This document shows, piece after piece, positions 10,594-20,560 of a DNA stretch of 64,000 nt. The position numbers and the translations under genes are program-made. Below the pieces are notes generated by a model that saw only the letters and a list, made by a program, of their open reading frames with translations, was not told the origin of the DNA and did not search any database. This stretch comes from an uncultured Acidimicrobiia bacterium. Its GTDB lineage: Bacteria; Actinomycetota; Acidimicrobiia; Spongiisociales; UBA5794. The stretch spans positions 986,305 through 1,050,304 of the forward strand of contig CAWBYA010000007.1 of NCBI GenBank assembly GCA_963792895.1. The letters run 5' to 3'. Numbering within the stretch: position 1 is the stretch's first letter; every line of letters begins with the position of its first letter.

Positions 10594-13455
10594 GTGATCA
10601 ACCGGGAGCCCGTCCCCCTTCGCCCCCGCAGCCGCTCTCGACGTCTCCTGACCGTCGTGGTGCTGGGGCTGCTCGTCCTGCTCTTCACGTTGCGTTCGAT
10701 CGCTACGTTCTGGACCGACTTCTTGTGGTTCGACGCACTCGACCTGACCGGGGTCTGGAGCACGCTCGTCTTCACGAAGGTGTGGCTCGTAGCCGGCGCA
10801 ACGGTGGTTGCGGCGGCGGTTCTCTGGCTGAACCTGTGGATAGCCGACAGGCTGTCTCCTCGCGATCTCATGGTCGTCGAGGGTCCAGACGAGGAGCTGC
10901 TCGAGCGATGGCAGGACTGGATCGGACCACGCGAGGGAAGGGTTCGCCTCCTCGTTGCGGCAGGTCTCGGGCTCATGCTCGGTCTTGGCGCTTCGCTGTG
11001 GTGGGAGGACTTCCTGCTCTTCCGATATGGCGGCGACTTCGGCCTCGCCGATCCGATCTTCAACAACGACGTCGGCCTCTACGTCTTCGATCTGCCTTTC
11101 TACAGAGCCCTCTTCGGCTGGGTCTTCCAGTTGTTCGTGGTGGTTGCGCTCGTATCTGCAGTCGTTCACTACCTGAACGGTGGGATTCAGGTCCAGACGC
11201 CGCGCCGCAGCGTGAGCCCCGGGTTCAAGCGGCATCTCTCGGCGATCCTCGCCCTGCTGGCCGGCCTCAAGGCGGTGGGCTACTGGCTCGACACCTACGA
11301 CCTGCTCTACTCGCCGCGGGGCCGGGTGACGGGTGCGTCCTACACGGACGTCAATGCCCAACTCCCGGCTTTGCGCCTCCTCATCCTGATCTCCATCGTC
11401 GCCGCCATCATCCTGCTCGTGAACCTGTGGTTCCGCGGGTGGACGCTTCCGCTGGTCGCGCTCGGCCTGTGGCTCTTCACGTCCGTCGTCATCGGCGGGC
11501 TGTACCCGGCGTTCGTGCAGCGGTTCCAGGTCGTCCCAGACGAGCAGAACAAGGAGGTCGAGTACGTCGGCCACAACATCGAGTTCACCAGGGAGGCATT
11601 TGGGCTGGGTGACATCGAGGTTCGTGGCTTCGCCGCTTCGGGAGAGCTCGATGTGGAAGCCATCGAAGCCAACCGCTCGACCATCGACAACATCCGGCTC
11701 TGGGATCCCTCCGTGCTGCAGACCACCTACAGGCAGCTCCAGGAGATCCGCACGTTCTATGGCATCGAGGATGTCGACGTCGATCGCTATGAGATCGATG
11801 GCGAGCTGACCCAGGTGATGGTTTCGGCTCGGGAGCTCGACGAGCAGAACATACCCGGTGGCGGATGGGTCAACGAGAAGCTGGTGTATACCCATGGATT
11901 CGGTGCGGTGCTGTCACCTGCCAATGACGTCACCTTGGCCGGGCAGCCGGATTTCCTCATCAAGGACATCCCGCCGGTGTCGTCTGTCCCCAGCCTGACC
12001 ATCGAGCAGCCGCGCATCTACTTCTCCGACAGCGCAGACGCCGACTATCTGATCGTCGCCACCAACGAGCAGGAGGTCGACTTTCCCATCGGCGAGAGCG
12101 AGGTCGCCCGGATCAACTACGACGGCACCGGTGGCGTCGAGCTCGGTGGGGTCGTCCGCAGGGCGGCATGGGCGCTGCGGTTCGGGGATGTCGACGTGCT
12201 CATCTCCGGACAGCCAAGGAGTGACAGCCGGGTGATGATCGAGCGCAACATCCGCGATCGGGTGGAGAAGGTTGCGCCTTTCCTCTACCCAGACGCCGAT
12301 CCCTACCTCGTTTTGGTGGACGGCAAGTTGGTGTGGGTGCTCGACCTCTACACCGTATCCGACAACTTTCCGTACGCGACGAGTGCGCTGACCGGAAGGC
12401 TCGACCGCACCCGCGGTCTCCCTGCCTCGTTCAACTACGTGCGCAACCCGGTGAAGGCCACGGTGGACGCCTTCACGGGCGAGCTGACGTTCTACGTGGT
12501 GGACGAGAGCGATCCGCTGATCAGGGCTCAGCAGCGGATCTTCCCCGATCTCTTCACGACCGACGTGATCCCCGAAGAGCTACGCGACCACCTCCGGTAC
12601 CCGGAAGACCTCTTCCGGATCCAATCCGACATGTACCTGCTCTATCACATGACCCGGCCGCAGGACTTCTTCAACAACGTCGATCCGTGGCAGATCGCCA
12701 GCGACCCGTCCACCTCCGACCGCACCGAGCTTCGTGGCGTCTTCATCGACGACGAGGGCAACCAGCTCAGGCCGATGCTGCCGTACTACCTCCTGATGCG
12801 GCTCCCGGGGGAGGAGCAACTGTCGTTCCTCATCATGCAACCGTTCACCCCGCAGAACCGCCCCAACATGGTGTCGTTCATGGTGGCGAAGAGCGGCCCT
12901 GAGTCGTACGGGCAGATCATCGACTATCGACTTCCGGCAGCTTCCGCGCAGCAGGGCCCCGGCCAGGTCGGCAACTTCATCAACCAGGACCCGGAGATCT
13001 CTGCCGAGTTCACCTTGCTTGGGCAGGGTGGGTCTGAAGTCATCCAGGGCAACATGCTGGTTGTACCGGTCGAAGAGTCGTTGCTGTACGTACAGCCCAT
13101 CTACATCCGGGCCAATCCCGAGGGCAGCGGCGACTCTTCAGGCATCCCCGAGTTCAAGCGCGTCGTCGTATCGTTCGACGGCGACATCCAAATGCGGAAC
13201 TCGCTCGATGAAGCGCTCGCTGCTGTGTTCGGGGGAGCGGCGTCGCCGCCGCCGGATGGGGAGACCCCGCCGCCTCCAAGCGGTGGCGAGGTGCCCGAAG
13301 AAGTTGCCGCCTTGCTCGATGCAGCCGCCGGCTCTCTGGCAGAAGCCGAGGTGGCGCTCCGCAACGGCGATCTCGCCGCCTATCAGGCCAGCGTCGACGA
13401 GGCCAGGGACTTCATCGCTCGCGCCGTGGCTCTCTCCACGACTCCGACCCCGTAA
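10594..13455 (+). CDS. UPF0182 family membrane protein
   Basis: 953-aa protein with an N-terminal multi-TM region and a large extracytoplasmic domain, matching the actinobacterial UPF0182 family (Rv3193c-like). Confidence 0.8.
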   Translation: MINREPVPLRPRSRSRRLLTVVVLGLLVLLFTLRSIATFWTDFLWFDALDLTGVWSTLVFTKVWLVAGATVVAAAVLWLNLWIADRLSPRDLMVVEGPDEELLERWQDWIGPREGRVRLLVAAGLGLMLGLGASLWWEDFLLFRYGGDFGLADPIFNNDVGLYVFDLPFYRALFGWVFQLFVVVALVSAVVHYLNGGIQVQTPRRSVSPGFKRHLSAILALLAGLKAVGYWLDTYDLLYSPRGRVTGASYTDVNAQLPALRLLILISIVAAIILLVNLWFRGWTLPLVALGLWLFTSVVIGGLYPAFVQRFQVVPDEQNKEVEYVGHNIEFTREAFGLGDIEVRGFAASGELDVEAIEANRSTIDNIRLWDPSVLQTTYRQLQEIRTFYGIEDVDVDRYEIDGELTQVMVSARELDEQNIPGGGWVNEKLVYTHGFGAVLSPANDVTLAGQPDFLIKDIPPVSSVPSLTIEQPRIYFSDSADADYLIVATNEQEVDFPIGESEVARINYDGTGGVELGGVVRRAAWALRFGDVDVLISGQPRSDSRVMIERNIRDRVEKVAPFLYPDADPYLVLVDGKLVWVLDLYTVSDNFPYATSALTGRLDRTRGLPASFNYVRNPVKATVDAFTGELTFYVVDESDPLIRAQQRIFPDLFTTDVIPEELRDHLRYPEDLFRIQSDMYLLYHMTRPQDFFNNVDPWQIASDPSTSDRTELRGVFIDDEGNQLRPMLPYYLLMRLPGEEQLSFLIMQPFTPQNRPNMVSFMVAKSGPESYGQIIDYRLPAASAQQGPGQVGNFINQDPEISAEFTLLGQGGSEVIQGNMLVVPVEESLLYVQPIYIRANPEGSGDSSGIPEFKRVVVSFDGDIQMRNSLDEALAAVFGGAASPPPDGETPPPPSGGEVPEEVAALLDAAAGSLAEAEVALRNGDLAAYQASVDEARDFIARAVALSTTPTP

Positions 13456-13473
13456 AGTCCGGGGACAATCGCG

Positions 13474-14157
13474 CTATTTCTTGGGCGCCGGTGGTGTGGT
13501 GCCCGGCGGCCGGTACAGCGCACTCAAGCGCTCGACCTGCTCCACGCCCTTGTGCACGGAGATCATCTCCGACACCATGGCTGTGTCGTCTGGGTCGACG
13601 GCGATGACGAGCAGGCATTGCTGCCCTTCGAGCCGCTTGAAGTCGACCTGAACGATCGACTCGTCGATCCTGCGGGCGAACTTGAGGACACTCGACAGGT
13701 GGTGGCTGTCCGCCAGATGGACGCGCAACGTCTCGCGCGCCCTGGCTGTGCGGCGGGCAACGGCCTGATCGGCCGCCCGCAGGGTGAAGAGCACGCCGAG
13801 CACAACCACGGTTCCAATGAGCGCCAGTGGATACGAGCCGGACCCCGCCGCCAGACCCAATGCGGCCACGGCCCACAACCCTGCCGCGGTGGTGAGGCCC
13901 TTGACGAAAGCGCCCTCCCGGAAGATCGCGCCTGCGCCGAGGAACCCGATACCGGTCACCACCTGGGCTGCGATCCGAGCTTGGTCTCCGCCCTCGAACC
14001 CGATGATGGAAACGATGGCGAACATGGCCGAGCCGACTCCGACAAGCGTGTGGGTGCGCAGGCCGGCAGCCTTCTGCGACGTCTCGCGCTCGAAACCGAC
14101 TGCCGCGCTGCACGCCGCCGCCAGCATCAGTCGCGCAACGATCTCCAAGATGGACAA
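13474..14157 (-). CDS. mgtC: MgtC/SapB family protein
   Basis: MSILEIVARLMLAAACSAAVGFERE...GLRTHTLVGVGSAMF is the MgtC signature. Confidence 0.85.
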   Translation of the reverse strand: MSILEIVARLMLAAACSAAVGFERETSQKAAGLRTHTLVGVGSAMFAIVSIIGFEGGDQARIAAQVVTGIGFLGAGAIFREGAFVKGLTTAAGLWAVAALGLAAGSGSYPLALIGTVVVLGVLFTLRAADQAVARRTARARETLRVHLADSHHLSSVLKFARRIDESIVQVDFKRLEGQQCLLVIAVDPDDTAMVSEMISVHKGVEQVERLSALYRPPGTTPPAPKK

Positions 14158-14355
14158 GCCGCACTCCTCGGACTGGGCGATCCCAATCTACGCCGATCCT
14201 TTGCGTGACGCTGATGGCTGCGCCCTCGTCCCTGCCCTGCGGTGCCCGCCAACACCGGTTGCGCATGCCGAGGAGCGCGATGCGACACACGGGCCGGGAA
14301 CCTGGGCGGCGGTGTCGCCCGTCGGAGGTGAAACGGCCAACCAGGGGGACCGCGC

Positions 14356-16377
14356 ATGCAGAGGATCACACTCACACTCGCAGCTTTCGTGCTGCTCGTC
14401 ACCGGCTGCTCGGCCACGGCAGAACAGCCTGGCATCCATGGGCAGCCGCTCGGGGGCTCCACGGGAGTCATCGGCGGAACTGGCACAGTTGCCGGCGGGG
14501 CGACCAACCCAGGGCCAACTGCGACGGATGTGGCGCTGCGGAGGTTCGCCCTGTGCGACGACGTGCTGGACTTCTATGTCACCCATGCGCTCGAGTTGGT
14601 TGGACCGTACGGGCTCTTCGAGGAGGGGTGGCCCGTCATGGAAGACGGTGCGTTCGCACCCACCACCGTCGCAGCCGAGGACGGCGGAGCGGCCCCGGGC
14701 CCGTCGCGTGGCGAAGCCGATTACTCGACGACGAACGTGCAGGAGCAGGGAGTTGACGAGCCAGATCTGGTCAAGACCGACGGCCGGCGCATCTTCTCGC
14801 TCGTCGACAACGCGCTGCATGTCTCGATGGTGCGGGGCGACGGCGTTGCGCACGTTGGCAGCCTGCGGTTCTCAGGCGACGAGTGGTTCACCGACATGCT
14901 GCTGGACGGTGATCGCCTGCTGCTCGCCGGTCAATCGTGGACCGGTCGCTCGTCCGTCGTCGTTCTCCTCGAGGTCGACGTCGCCGACTCCGCCGACCCG
15001 CAACTGGTGCGCCGGCTCGAGCTCGACGGCGCGTACGTATCGGCCAGGATGAGCGGCGGTACCGTGCGCGTGGTCACTCGATCCACGCCGGTCGGCTTCG
15101 ACTGGGTGACACCCGAGGGCGGCGGGCTTCGGGCCGAGAACGCGGCGCTGGAGCACAACAAGGAGATCATCCGCTCGTCCACCTTCGCCAATTGGCTTCC
15201 CTATGCCGTGCTCACCGACGAGGTGACGGGGCAGAGTTCGGGACGCACCCTCCTGCGATGCGAAGACGTGTTCGCCCCACCGGTCTTCTCCGGTCTGGCC
15301 ACGGTTTCCGTGCTCTCGATCGACCTCGACGGCGCCGGCCTCTCCGATGTCCATGCGGACGGCCTGGCAGCCGAGGGTGAGACGATCTACGCCTCCGGCG
15401 ACAACCTCTACGTCGCAACCCAGCGCTGGATGGACTGGCCGCGCCTCCTCGAATCGGCGCGCCCGGAAGCGATCGTCGATGACTTCCGCACCGACATCCA
15501 TCGCTTCAGCTTCGACGCTGCATCAGTGCGCTACGAGGACTCGGGTGAGGTGCCCGGCTTCATCATCGGCCAGTGGGCGCTGAGCGAGTACGACGGCGAT
15601 CTCCGGGTGGCATCCACCACGAATCCGTGGGGATGGTGGGGCAGCGGTGAATCTGAGAGTGCCGTTACCGTGCTGCGGCCCGATGGCCGTGGCACGCTCG
15701 AGACCCTCGGTTCTGTCGGCGGCCTCGGTGTGACCGAGCAGATTCGCGCAGTTCGCTTCATGGGTCCAGTGGGCTACGTGGTCACCTTCCGCCAGACCGA
15801 TCCGTTGTATGTAGTCGATCTCTCGGATCCGGCCGAGCCGCGTGTCGCCGGCGAGCTGAAGATCCCCGGCTTCTCTGCGTATCTCCATCCCGTGGGCGAA
15901 GGGCGACTGCTCGGTATCGGTCAGGACGCCGACGAGTGGGGCGCGACCAAGGGCACGCAGATCTCACTGTTCGACGTCACCGACCCGACCGACCCGCAGC
16001 GTATCGACCAGGTGACCTTCGCGGGCGGCTCCTCCGCTGCCGAGTGGGACTCTAGGGCCTTCCTCTGGTGGCAGCCCGAGCAGTTGATGCTCGCTCCCTA
16101 CCAACGTTGGGATTGGGACGAGCAGACGGGGCGGGAGTGGTTCGACTCCGGGGCTCTGGCCATCGAGGTCGACGGCAACGAGCTGGTCGTGCGCGGCACG
16201 CTGCACAGCGGACCCGATGTGGGGAAGGATCCGCAGAGCATCGCACCCGAGTTCTGGAACGTCGCCGTGCTGCGCACTCTCATCGTGGGCGACCAGGTGT
16301 TCACGGTGACGCCCCAGGGCATCGGCGTCCACGACCTGCGGACACTCGATGCGGTCGGTTTTCAGCCGTGGGTGTGA
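14356..16377 (+). CDS. lipoprotein, beta-propeller domain-containing
   Basis: Signal peptide with lipobox LLVTGCS; 673-aa secreted protein resembling the actinobacterial beta-propeller (Beta_propel) family. Confidence 0.65.
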   Translation: MQRITLTLAAFVLLVTGCSATAEQPGIHGQPLGGSTGVIGGTGTVAGGATNPGPTATDVALRRFALCDDVLDFYVTHALELVGPYGLFEEGWPVMEDGAFAPTTVAAEDGGAAPGPSRGEADYSTTNVQEQGVDEPDLVKTDGRRIFSLVDNALHVSMVRGDGVAHVGSLRFSGDEWFTDMLLDGDRLLLAGQSWTGRSSVVVLLEVDVADSADPQLVRRLELDGAYVSARMSGGTVRVVTRSTPVGFDWVTPEGGGLRAENAALEHNKEIIRSSTFANWLPYAVLTDEVTGQSSGRTLLRCEDVFAPPVFSGLATVSVLSIDLDGAGLSDVHADGLAAEGETIYASGDNLYVATQRWMDWPRLLESARPEAIVDDFRTDIHRFSFDAASVRYEDSGEVPGFIIGQWALSEYDGDLRVASTTNPWGWWGSGESESAVTVLRPDGRGTLETLGSVGGLGVTEQIRAVRFMGPVGYVVTFRQTDPLYVVDLSDPAEPRVAGELKIPGFSAYLHPVGEGRLLGIGQDADEWGATKGTQISLFDVTDPTDPQRIDQVTFAGGSSAAEWDSRAFLWWQPEQLMLAPYQRWDWDEQTGREWFDSGALAIEVDGNELVVRGTLHSGPDVGKDPQSIAPEFWNVAVLRTLIVGDQVFTVTPQGIGVHDLRTLDAVGFQPWV

Positions 16378-16418
16378 ACGGCGATTGGTCGGCACCCCGA
16401 CTCGATCACGACCTGAGC

Positions 16419-16907
16419 TCACCGCATGCGCTGGAACGTGACGAGCGGGAGATAGGCCCAGGTCCACAGGGCAAGGCCGGCCACTGCAGCGGCTGCGATG
16501 GAAGCGCTGACATCGTCGATGACGAGGCTCGAAACCATGAACACGGTTGCGACGTGGGCGATCACGAAAGCCGCCGTTCCGCCGATCGCGAGCCAGTTGG
16601 CGATGTGGACGTGGCGTGCGGAGCGGCGGGGAAGACCGCTGATGGGCGCCCGCACCCGTTGATGGACGGCCGGGGCGATGAGGAGTACGGAGGCCACCGC
16701 GCTCGAGATGAACGCGATGTAATACACGGAGCGATTCGATCTCGAGATCTCGGCGAAACCCGACTGCAGGGGCAACACGAGCAAGAAGGCAAAGAGGACC
16801 TGGACGCCGGGGAGCGTTGTTCGCAGGCCCTCCAGCAGCGAACGGAACTGGTCATCGGTCGCGCCGGACTGCTCGAGAGAGGGTTGCTCGTCTGCGGAGA
16901 TGCTCAT
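16419..16907 (-). CDS. DUF6328-like small membrane protein
   Basis: MSISADEQPSLEQSGATDDQFRSLLEGLRTTLPGVQVLFAFLLVLPL... with 3-4 TM helices. The upstream extension in the track is not coding. Confidence 0.5.
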   Translation of the reverse strand: MSISADEQPSLEQSGATDDQFRSLLEGLRTTLPGVQVLFAFLLVLPLQSGFAEISRSNRSVYYIAFISSAVASVLLIAPAVHQRVRAPISGLPRRSARHVHIANWLAIGGTAAFVIAHVATVFMVSSLVIDDVSASIAAAAVAGLALWTWAYLPLVTFQRMR

Positions 16908-16977
16908 GCCCACCCCTACCCGGTGCGAGGCACAGCCAAACCGGGTTGCCCCGGCGTGGGCCGGCCTACTGTTGTCC

Positions 16978-17373
16978 ATGTGGAACGATGGGGAACGAGC
17001 GTTGCGCGAGGTTGAAAGAGGGCCAAGCGGTGCGCGGGTCTCCGCGCTGGTTGCGCACGTGCCGCCCGCCCGGCCGTCGCTTCGCCTTGCCGTTGGTGAC
17101 GACGTTGTTGTCGAGAGCCGTGATTCGGATTGGCCGGCATTCGTCTTCGTGCGCACGGGGGCAGGCGGAGGCTGGGTACCGGCTCGCTACCTCTCGGCGA
17201 ACCGTGGCCTGGCGAGGGTGCTGACACCGTACGACACCACAGAGCTCGCCGTCGCCGCCGGTCAAGAGCTCACGGTTGTCGTACGAGACGACGAAAGCGG
17301 CTGGCTGTGGTGCCGAAACGAAGCCGGCGAGGAGGGATGGGTCCCCGAGCGGTCACTCCGCCGGGCCGAGTGA
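16978..17373 (+). CDS. bacterial SH3-like domain protein
   Basis: ...VGDDVVVESRDSDWPAFVFVRTGAGGGWVPARYL...GQELTVVVRDDESGWLWCRNEAGEEGWVPERSL: two SH3-like beta repeats. Start uncertain. Confidence 0.45.
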   Translation: MWNDGERALREVERGPSGARVSALVAHVPPARPSLRLAVGDDVVVESRDSDWPAFVFVRTGAGGGWVPARYLSANRGLARVLTPYDTTELAVAAGQELTVVVRDDESGWLWCRNEAGEEGWVPERSLRRAE

Positions 17374-17380
17374 CCGGCCG

Positions 17381-17914
17381 TCAGCGAGCCAGGACTGCGA
17401 GTACCTCGTCGATGTCGGCGTGGTCCCCGGCAAACGCCTCGCGGTCCTCGTAGAGGATTTCGTCGCTTGGACCGAGCACGACGGTGGCACCGAGCTGAAG
17501 CGGGCGCCGACCCGTCTTCTGCTGTCTGTGCCCTCTGGCAAACGAGCGAACCCCTGCGACCACTGCATCGGGGCGCAGCAACGACGCCGCACCCAGCTTG
17601 CCGGTGCCGACGATCTCGGCGGCCCGGCCGTCCTCATCGAGCAAAACCGGAAACGGCACCTTCTCGTCTTCGATGAAGGCTGCGGCGTAGCGTTTTCCGC
17701 CCGTGCCGATGGCGGTGACGTGTGCACCCGCGGCGAGGATCTCGTCGTATCGATCGCGGACCTGACCGGCCCGCTCGCGGCAGGTCAGTCAGCCAAAATG
17801 CCGCAAGAAGAGCAGCACGTGGGGTTGCTCTGCCCAGAGATCACCGAGACGATGGTCGGTCCCGTCGGAATCGACGAGGACCTCTTCGGCGAGCTGAACG
17901 GCGTCGAAAGGCAT
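17381..17914 (-). CDS. candidate selenoprotein: PRXL2/AhpC-TSA-like thioredoxin-fold oxidoreductase with in-frame TGA (Sec) at 17789..17791
   Basis: ATG at 17914. MPFDAVQLAEEVLVDSDGTDHRLGDLWAEQPHVLLFLRHFG-[TGA]-LTCRERAGQVRDRYDEILAAGAHVTAIG... continues in the same frame to 17381. The TGA sits exactly where the family has the first Cys of its CxxC motif (FGCxxCRE). A stable hairpin follows the TGA. Confidence 0.6.
17762..17788 (-). promoter_or_regulatory. SECIS-like hairpin immediately 3' of the in-frame UGA
   Basis: mRNA CUGACC-UGCCGCGAGCGGGCC-GGUCAG: perfect 6-bp outer stem, inner GCC/GGC pairing, apical loop containing G. Confidence 0.35.
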
Positions 17915-18004
17915 GTTGCTCCAGACGGTGCGAGACACTGATCGTAGACCTGGCCCCACATGCAGCCGGAAAGCCGCTCGCCTGCCCGGTAGTAGCTTGA
18001 TCGT

Positions 18005-18544
18005 ATGGAGCGTCCCGACGTCACGATTCGACCGGAGAGGCCGGACGACCACCCGGCGATTCACAGTGTGGTGACGGCGGCGTTCGGCTCTACGGCGGAA
18101 GCGGAGTTGGTTCGCGCCATCCGGCGCTCCCGCCACTACGTCGCCGAGATGAGCCTGGTCGCCGAGTCGGATGGGGCCGTCGTCGGTCACGTCATGATCA
18201 GCGGCGCGACGCTGCGCTCCGACCGAGGGGACGCCCCCATCGTGATGCTCGCACCGCTTGCGGTGGCGCCGGATCGCCAGCGTGCCGGGGTCGGATCGGC
18301 GTTGGTGCGCGCAGCCTGTGCTGCAGCAGAGGACCGTGGCGAGCCATTGGTCGTGCTCGAGGGAGACCCTGCGTACTACGGCCGGTTCGGTTTTGAGCCG
18401 TCCTACGAGCACGGCATCGAGCTTCCGTTGCCCGACTGGGCCCCCCACGAAGCTGGCCAGGTCCTTCGCTTGAATGCCTTCGATCCGTCGTTGACCGGCA
18501 CCGTCGCCTATCCGGAAGCGTTCGACGCCCTCACCGATGGGTAG
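18005..18544 (+). CDS. GNAT family N-acetyltransferase
   Basis: ...LAVAPDRQRAGVGSALVRAACAAAEDRGEPLVVLEGDPAYYGRFGF matches GNAT motifs A/B. Confidence 0.8.
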   Translation: MERPDVTIRPERPDDHPAIHSVVTAAFGSTAEAELVRAIRRSRHYVAEMSLVAESDGAVVGHVMISGATLRSDRGDAPIVMLAPLAVAPDRQRAGVGSALVRAACAAAEDRGEPLVVLEGDPAYYGRFGFEPSYEHGIELPLPDWAPHEAGQVLRLNAFDPSLTGTVAYPEAFDALTDG

Positions 18545-18619
18545 TGGCGCGACGCAGTAGCGTGCGGGCGGAGCGCATCGCAGTCGACTGATCCAGGCTT
18601 CGCGCTCTACCCTGCCGCT

Positions 18620-20560
18620 ATGCGTAGGACCCCCCTGTTTGTCATTGGCCTTCTCGTCGGGTTTGGTGCCCTGATATCGGCATGTGGTGGAGACGACACC
18701 GCCGAGATACGGATGCTGGACAACTCGTTCGCTCCGCGCGTTCTGGAGGTGGCCCCCGGCGAGGCCGTTCGGTTTGTCAACGCCGGCCGCGTCGAGCACA
18801 ACGCCATTGCAGCCGATGGAGCGTTCAACACTCTCGAGGCTGCGGGAGGGAACCAGCAACCCGGTGCCTCGTGGACGGTCACCATCGACGAGCCGGGTGT
18901 GTACGACTACTTCTGCTCGCTGCACGCAACGCAGAACGATGCCGGCGACTGGGAGGGCATGGTTGGCACCCTCATCGTTGGTGACGTCGCCGACGCTGCG
19001 GACGTGGCCGCAGCCGAGTCGACGGCGCCTGCGAGGTGGACCGAGGTCACCCGAACAGTGCCCGAGGACTACCCCACCGTTCAGTCGGCCGTCGACGCAG
19101 CCGATCCCGGCGATCTCGTGCTCGTCGGCCCGGGGGTCTACAAGGAGTCCGTCTCGGTGACGACGCCGGGGCTGACCATCCGGGGGACCGACCGCAACGA
19201 GGTGATTCTCGACGGTGAGTTCACCAGAGAGAACGGCATCGCCATCACTGCAGACGGGGTGGCCGTTGAGAACCTGACGGCGCGCAACTACACGGTCAAC
19301 GGCTTCTTCTGGAATGGGGTCACCGGGTATCGGGGCTCGTATCTGACGGCGATCGACGACTGGGTGTACGGGATCTATGCCTTCGACTCGGTGGATGGGG
19401 TGTTCGATCACTCCTATGCGTCCGGCTCCTACGACGCCGGGTTCTACATCGGCCAGTGTGATCCATGCAATGCGGTGGTCACCGACGTGGTCGCCGAGTT
19501 CAACGGTCTCGGCTACTCGGGAACGAACAGCTCCGGCAACATATGGATCGTCAACTCCGAATGGCGCTACAACATCGCAGGCATCGTTCCCAACACGCTC
19601 GACTCCGAGCTGCTCCCTCCGGTCAACAACGTCGTGGTCGCCGGCAACTACATCCACGACAACGGTGAGGACGAGCGCGCCCCATCCGGCACCATCGAGT
19701 GGGCGGCGTACGGCAACGGCGTGGTGCTCGCAGGTGCCCGCGATTCGGTGGTGCGCAACAACCTGATCGTGAACAACAAGACGTCTGGGGTGCACATCAT
19801 CTCCATGATCGACGCCAACTTGTGGCCATCGGGCGGGAACGAAGTGCGTGACAACGTGATCGTCGGCTCCGGCCGAGCCGACCTGGCGCTCGGCGGGCCG
19901 CTCGAGCAAGGATCCTGTTTTGCCGACAACAGCGTACGGACAACGGTTCCGTTCTGGCTGCGCCAGCTCCACAGTTGCGACGGCATCAACATCCCGTTGT
20001 TCTACGGGATGGCGGCGACGTCGGAGACCCTCGGGCGCCTCGCCCAGGCGGAGAACGGACAAGTTTCCGAGCTCGAGCACGGAGACGCTCCCAAGCCGGC
20101 ACAAGAGTTCGATCTCATGCCGGGTGGCGCCAACGCACCGGTGTCGCCGGCGGTGAACGTGTTCGCCTCCTTGGACTTCGACCCGGCCGCAGTCGAGACG
20201 CCGCTCATCCGCGCCGGGATCGACATCGACACCCGACGTCCTGCTGCCTTCGGCATCGCACTCGACGGCGGGTTCTGGCCCGTTGCCATGGGTGCCCTCC
20301 TGTGGTGGGCGCCGCTCCTCACCTGGATGCTCGGCGGCGTGTGGGCCGTGGTGCGCATCTGGAACAGCCCCCGCACCACTACCGCAAAGGTGGTCTGGTT
20401 CCTCGCGGTGGTCGGTCTCCCCGTGTTCGGCGTGCTCGCCTTTGTCGTGTTCGGCTACAAACGGATGGGCATCTGGTACCGGATCGGGTACGGGATCGGC
20501 GGCCCTGTCGTATGGCTGATCGCAGTGGTAGGCGCGTTGGCGATCGGCGGCGTCGTGTGA
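18620..20560 (+). CDS. lipoprotein with N-terminal cupredoxin-like domain, central right-handed beta-helix (NosD-like) and C-terminal PLDc_N-type 2-TM domain
   Basis: Lipobox LISACGG. Cupredoxin-like YDYFCSLHATQNDAGDWEGMVGTLIV. Repeated NG/NN beta-helix turns. C-terminal WWAPLLTWMLGGVWAVVRIWNSP...VWFLAVVGLPVFGVLAFVVFGYK. Confidence 0.65.
   Translation: MRRTPLFVIGLLVGFGALISACGGDDTAEIRMLDNSFAPRVLEVAPGEAVRFVNAGRVEHNAIAADGAFNTLEAAGGNQQPGASWTVTIDEPGVYDYFCSLHATQNDAGDWEGMVGTLIVGDVADAADVAAAESTAPARWTEVTRTVPEDYPTVQSAVDAADPGDLVLVGPGVYKESVSVTTPGLTIRGTDRNEVILDGEFTRENGIAITADGVAVENLTARNYTVNGFFWNGVTGYRGSYLTAIDDWVYGIYAFDSVDGVFDHSYASGSYDAGFYIGQCDPCNAVVTDVVAEFNGLGYSGTNSSGNIWIVNSEWRYNIAGIVPNTLDSELLPPVNNVVVAGNYIHDNGEDERAPSGTIEWAAYGNGVVLAGARDSVVRNNLIVNNKTSGVHIISMIDANLWPSGGNEVRDNVIVGSGRADLALGGPLEQGSCFADNSVRTTVPFWLRQLHSCDGINIPLFYGMAATSETLGRLAQAENGQVSELEHGDAPKPAQEFDLMPGGANAPVSPAVNVFASLDFDPAAVETPLIRAGIDIDTRRPAAFGIALDGGFWPVAMGALLWWAPLLTWMLGGVWAVVRIWNSPRTTTAKVVWFLAVVGLPVFGVLAFVVFGYKRMGIWYRIGYGIGGPVVWLIAVVGALAIGGVV

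Noticed and set aside
10363-11895. 510-aa minus-strand ORF
   Set aside because: Antisense to the conserved UPF0182 gene; no domain signature.
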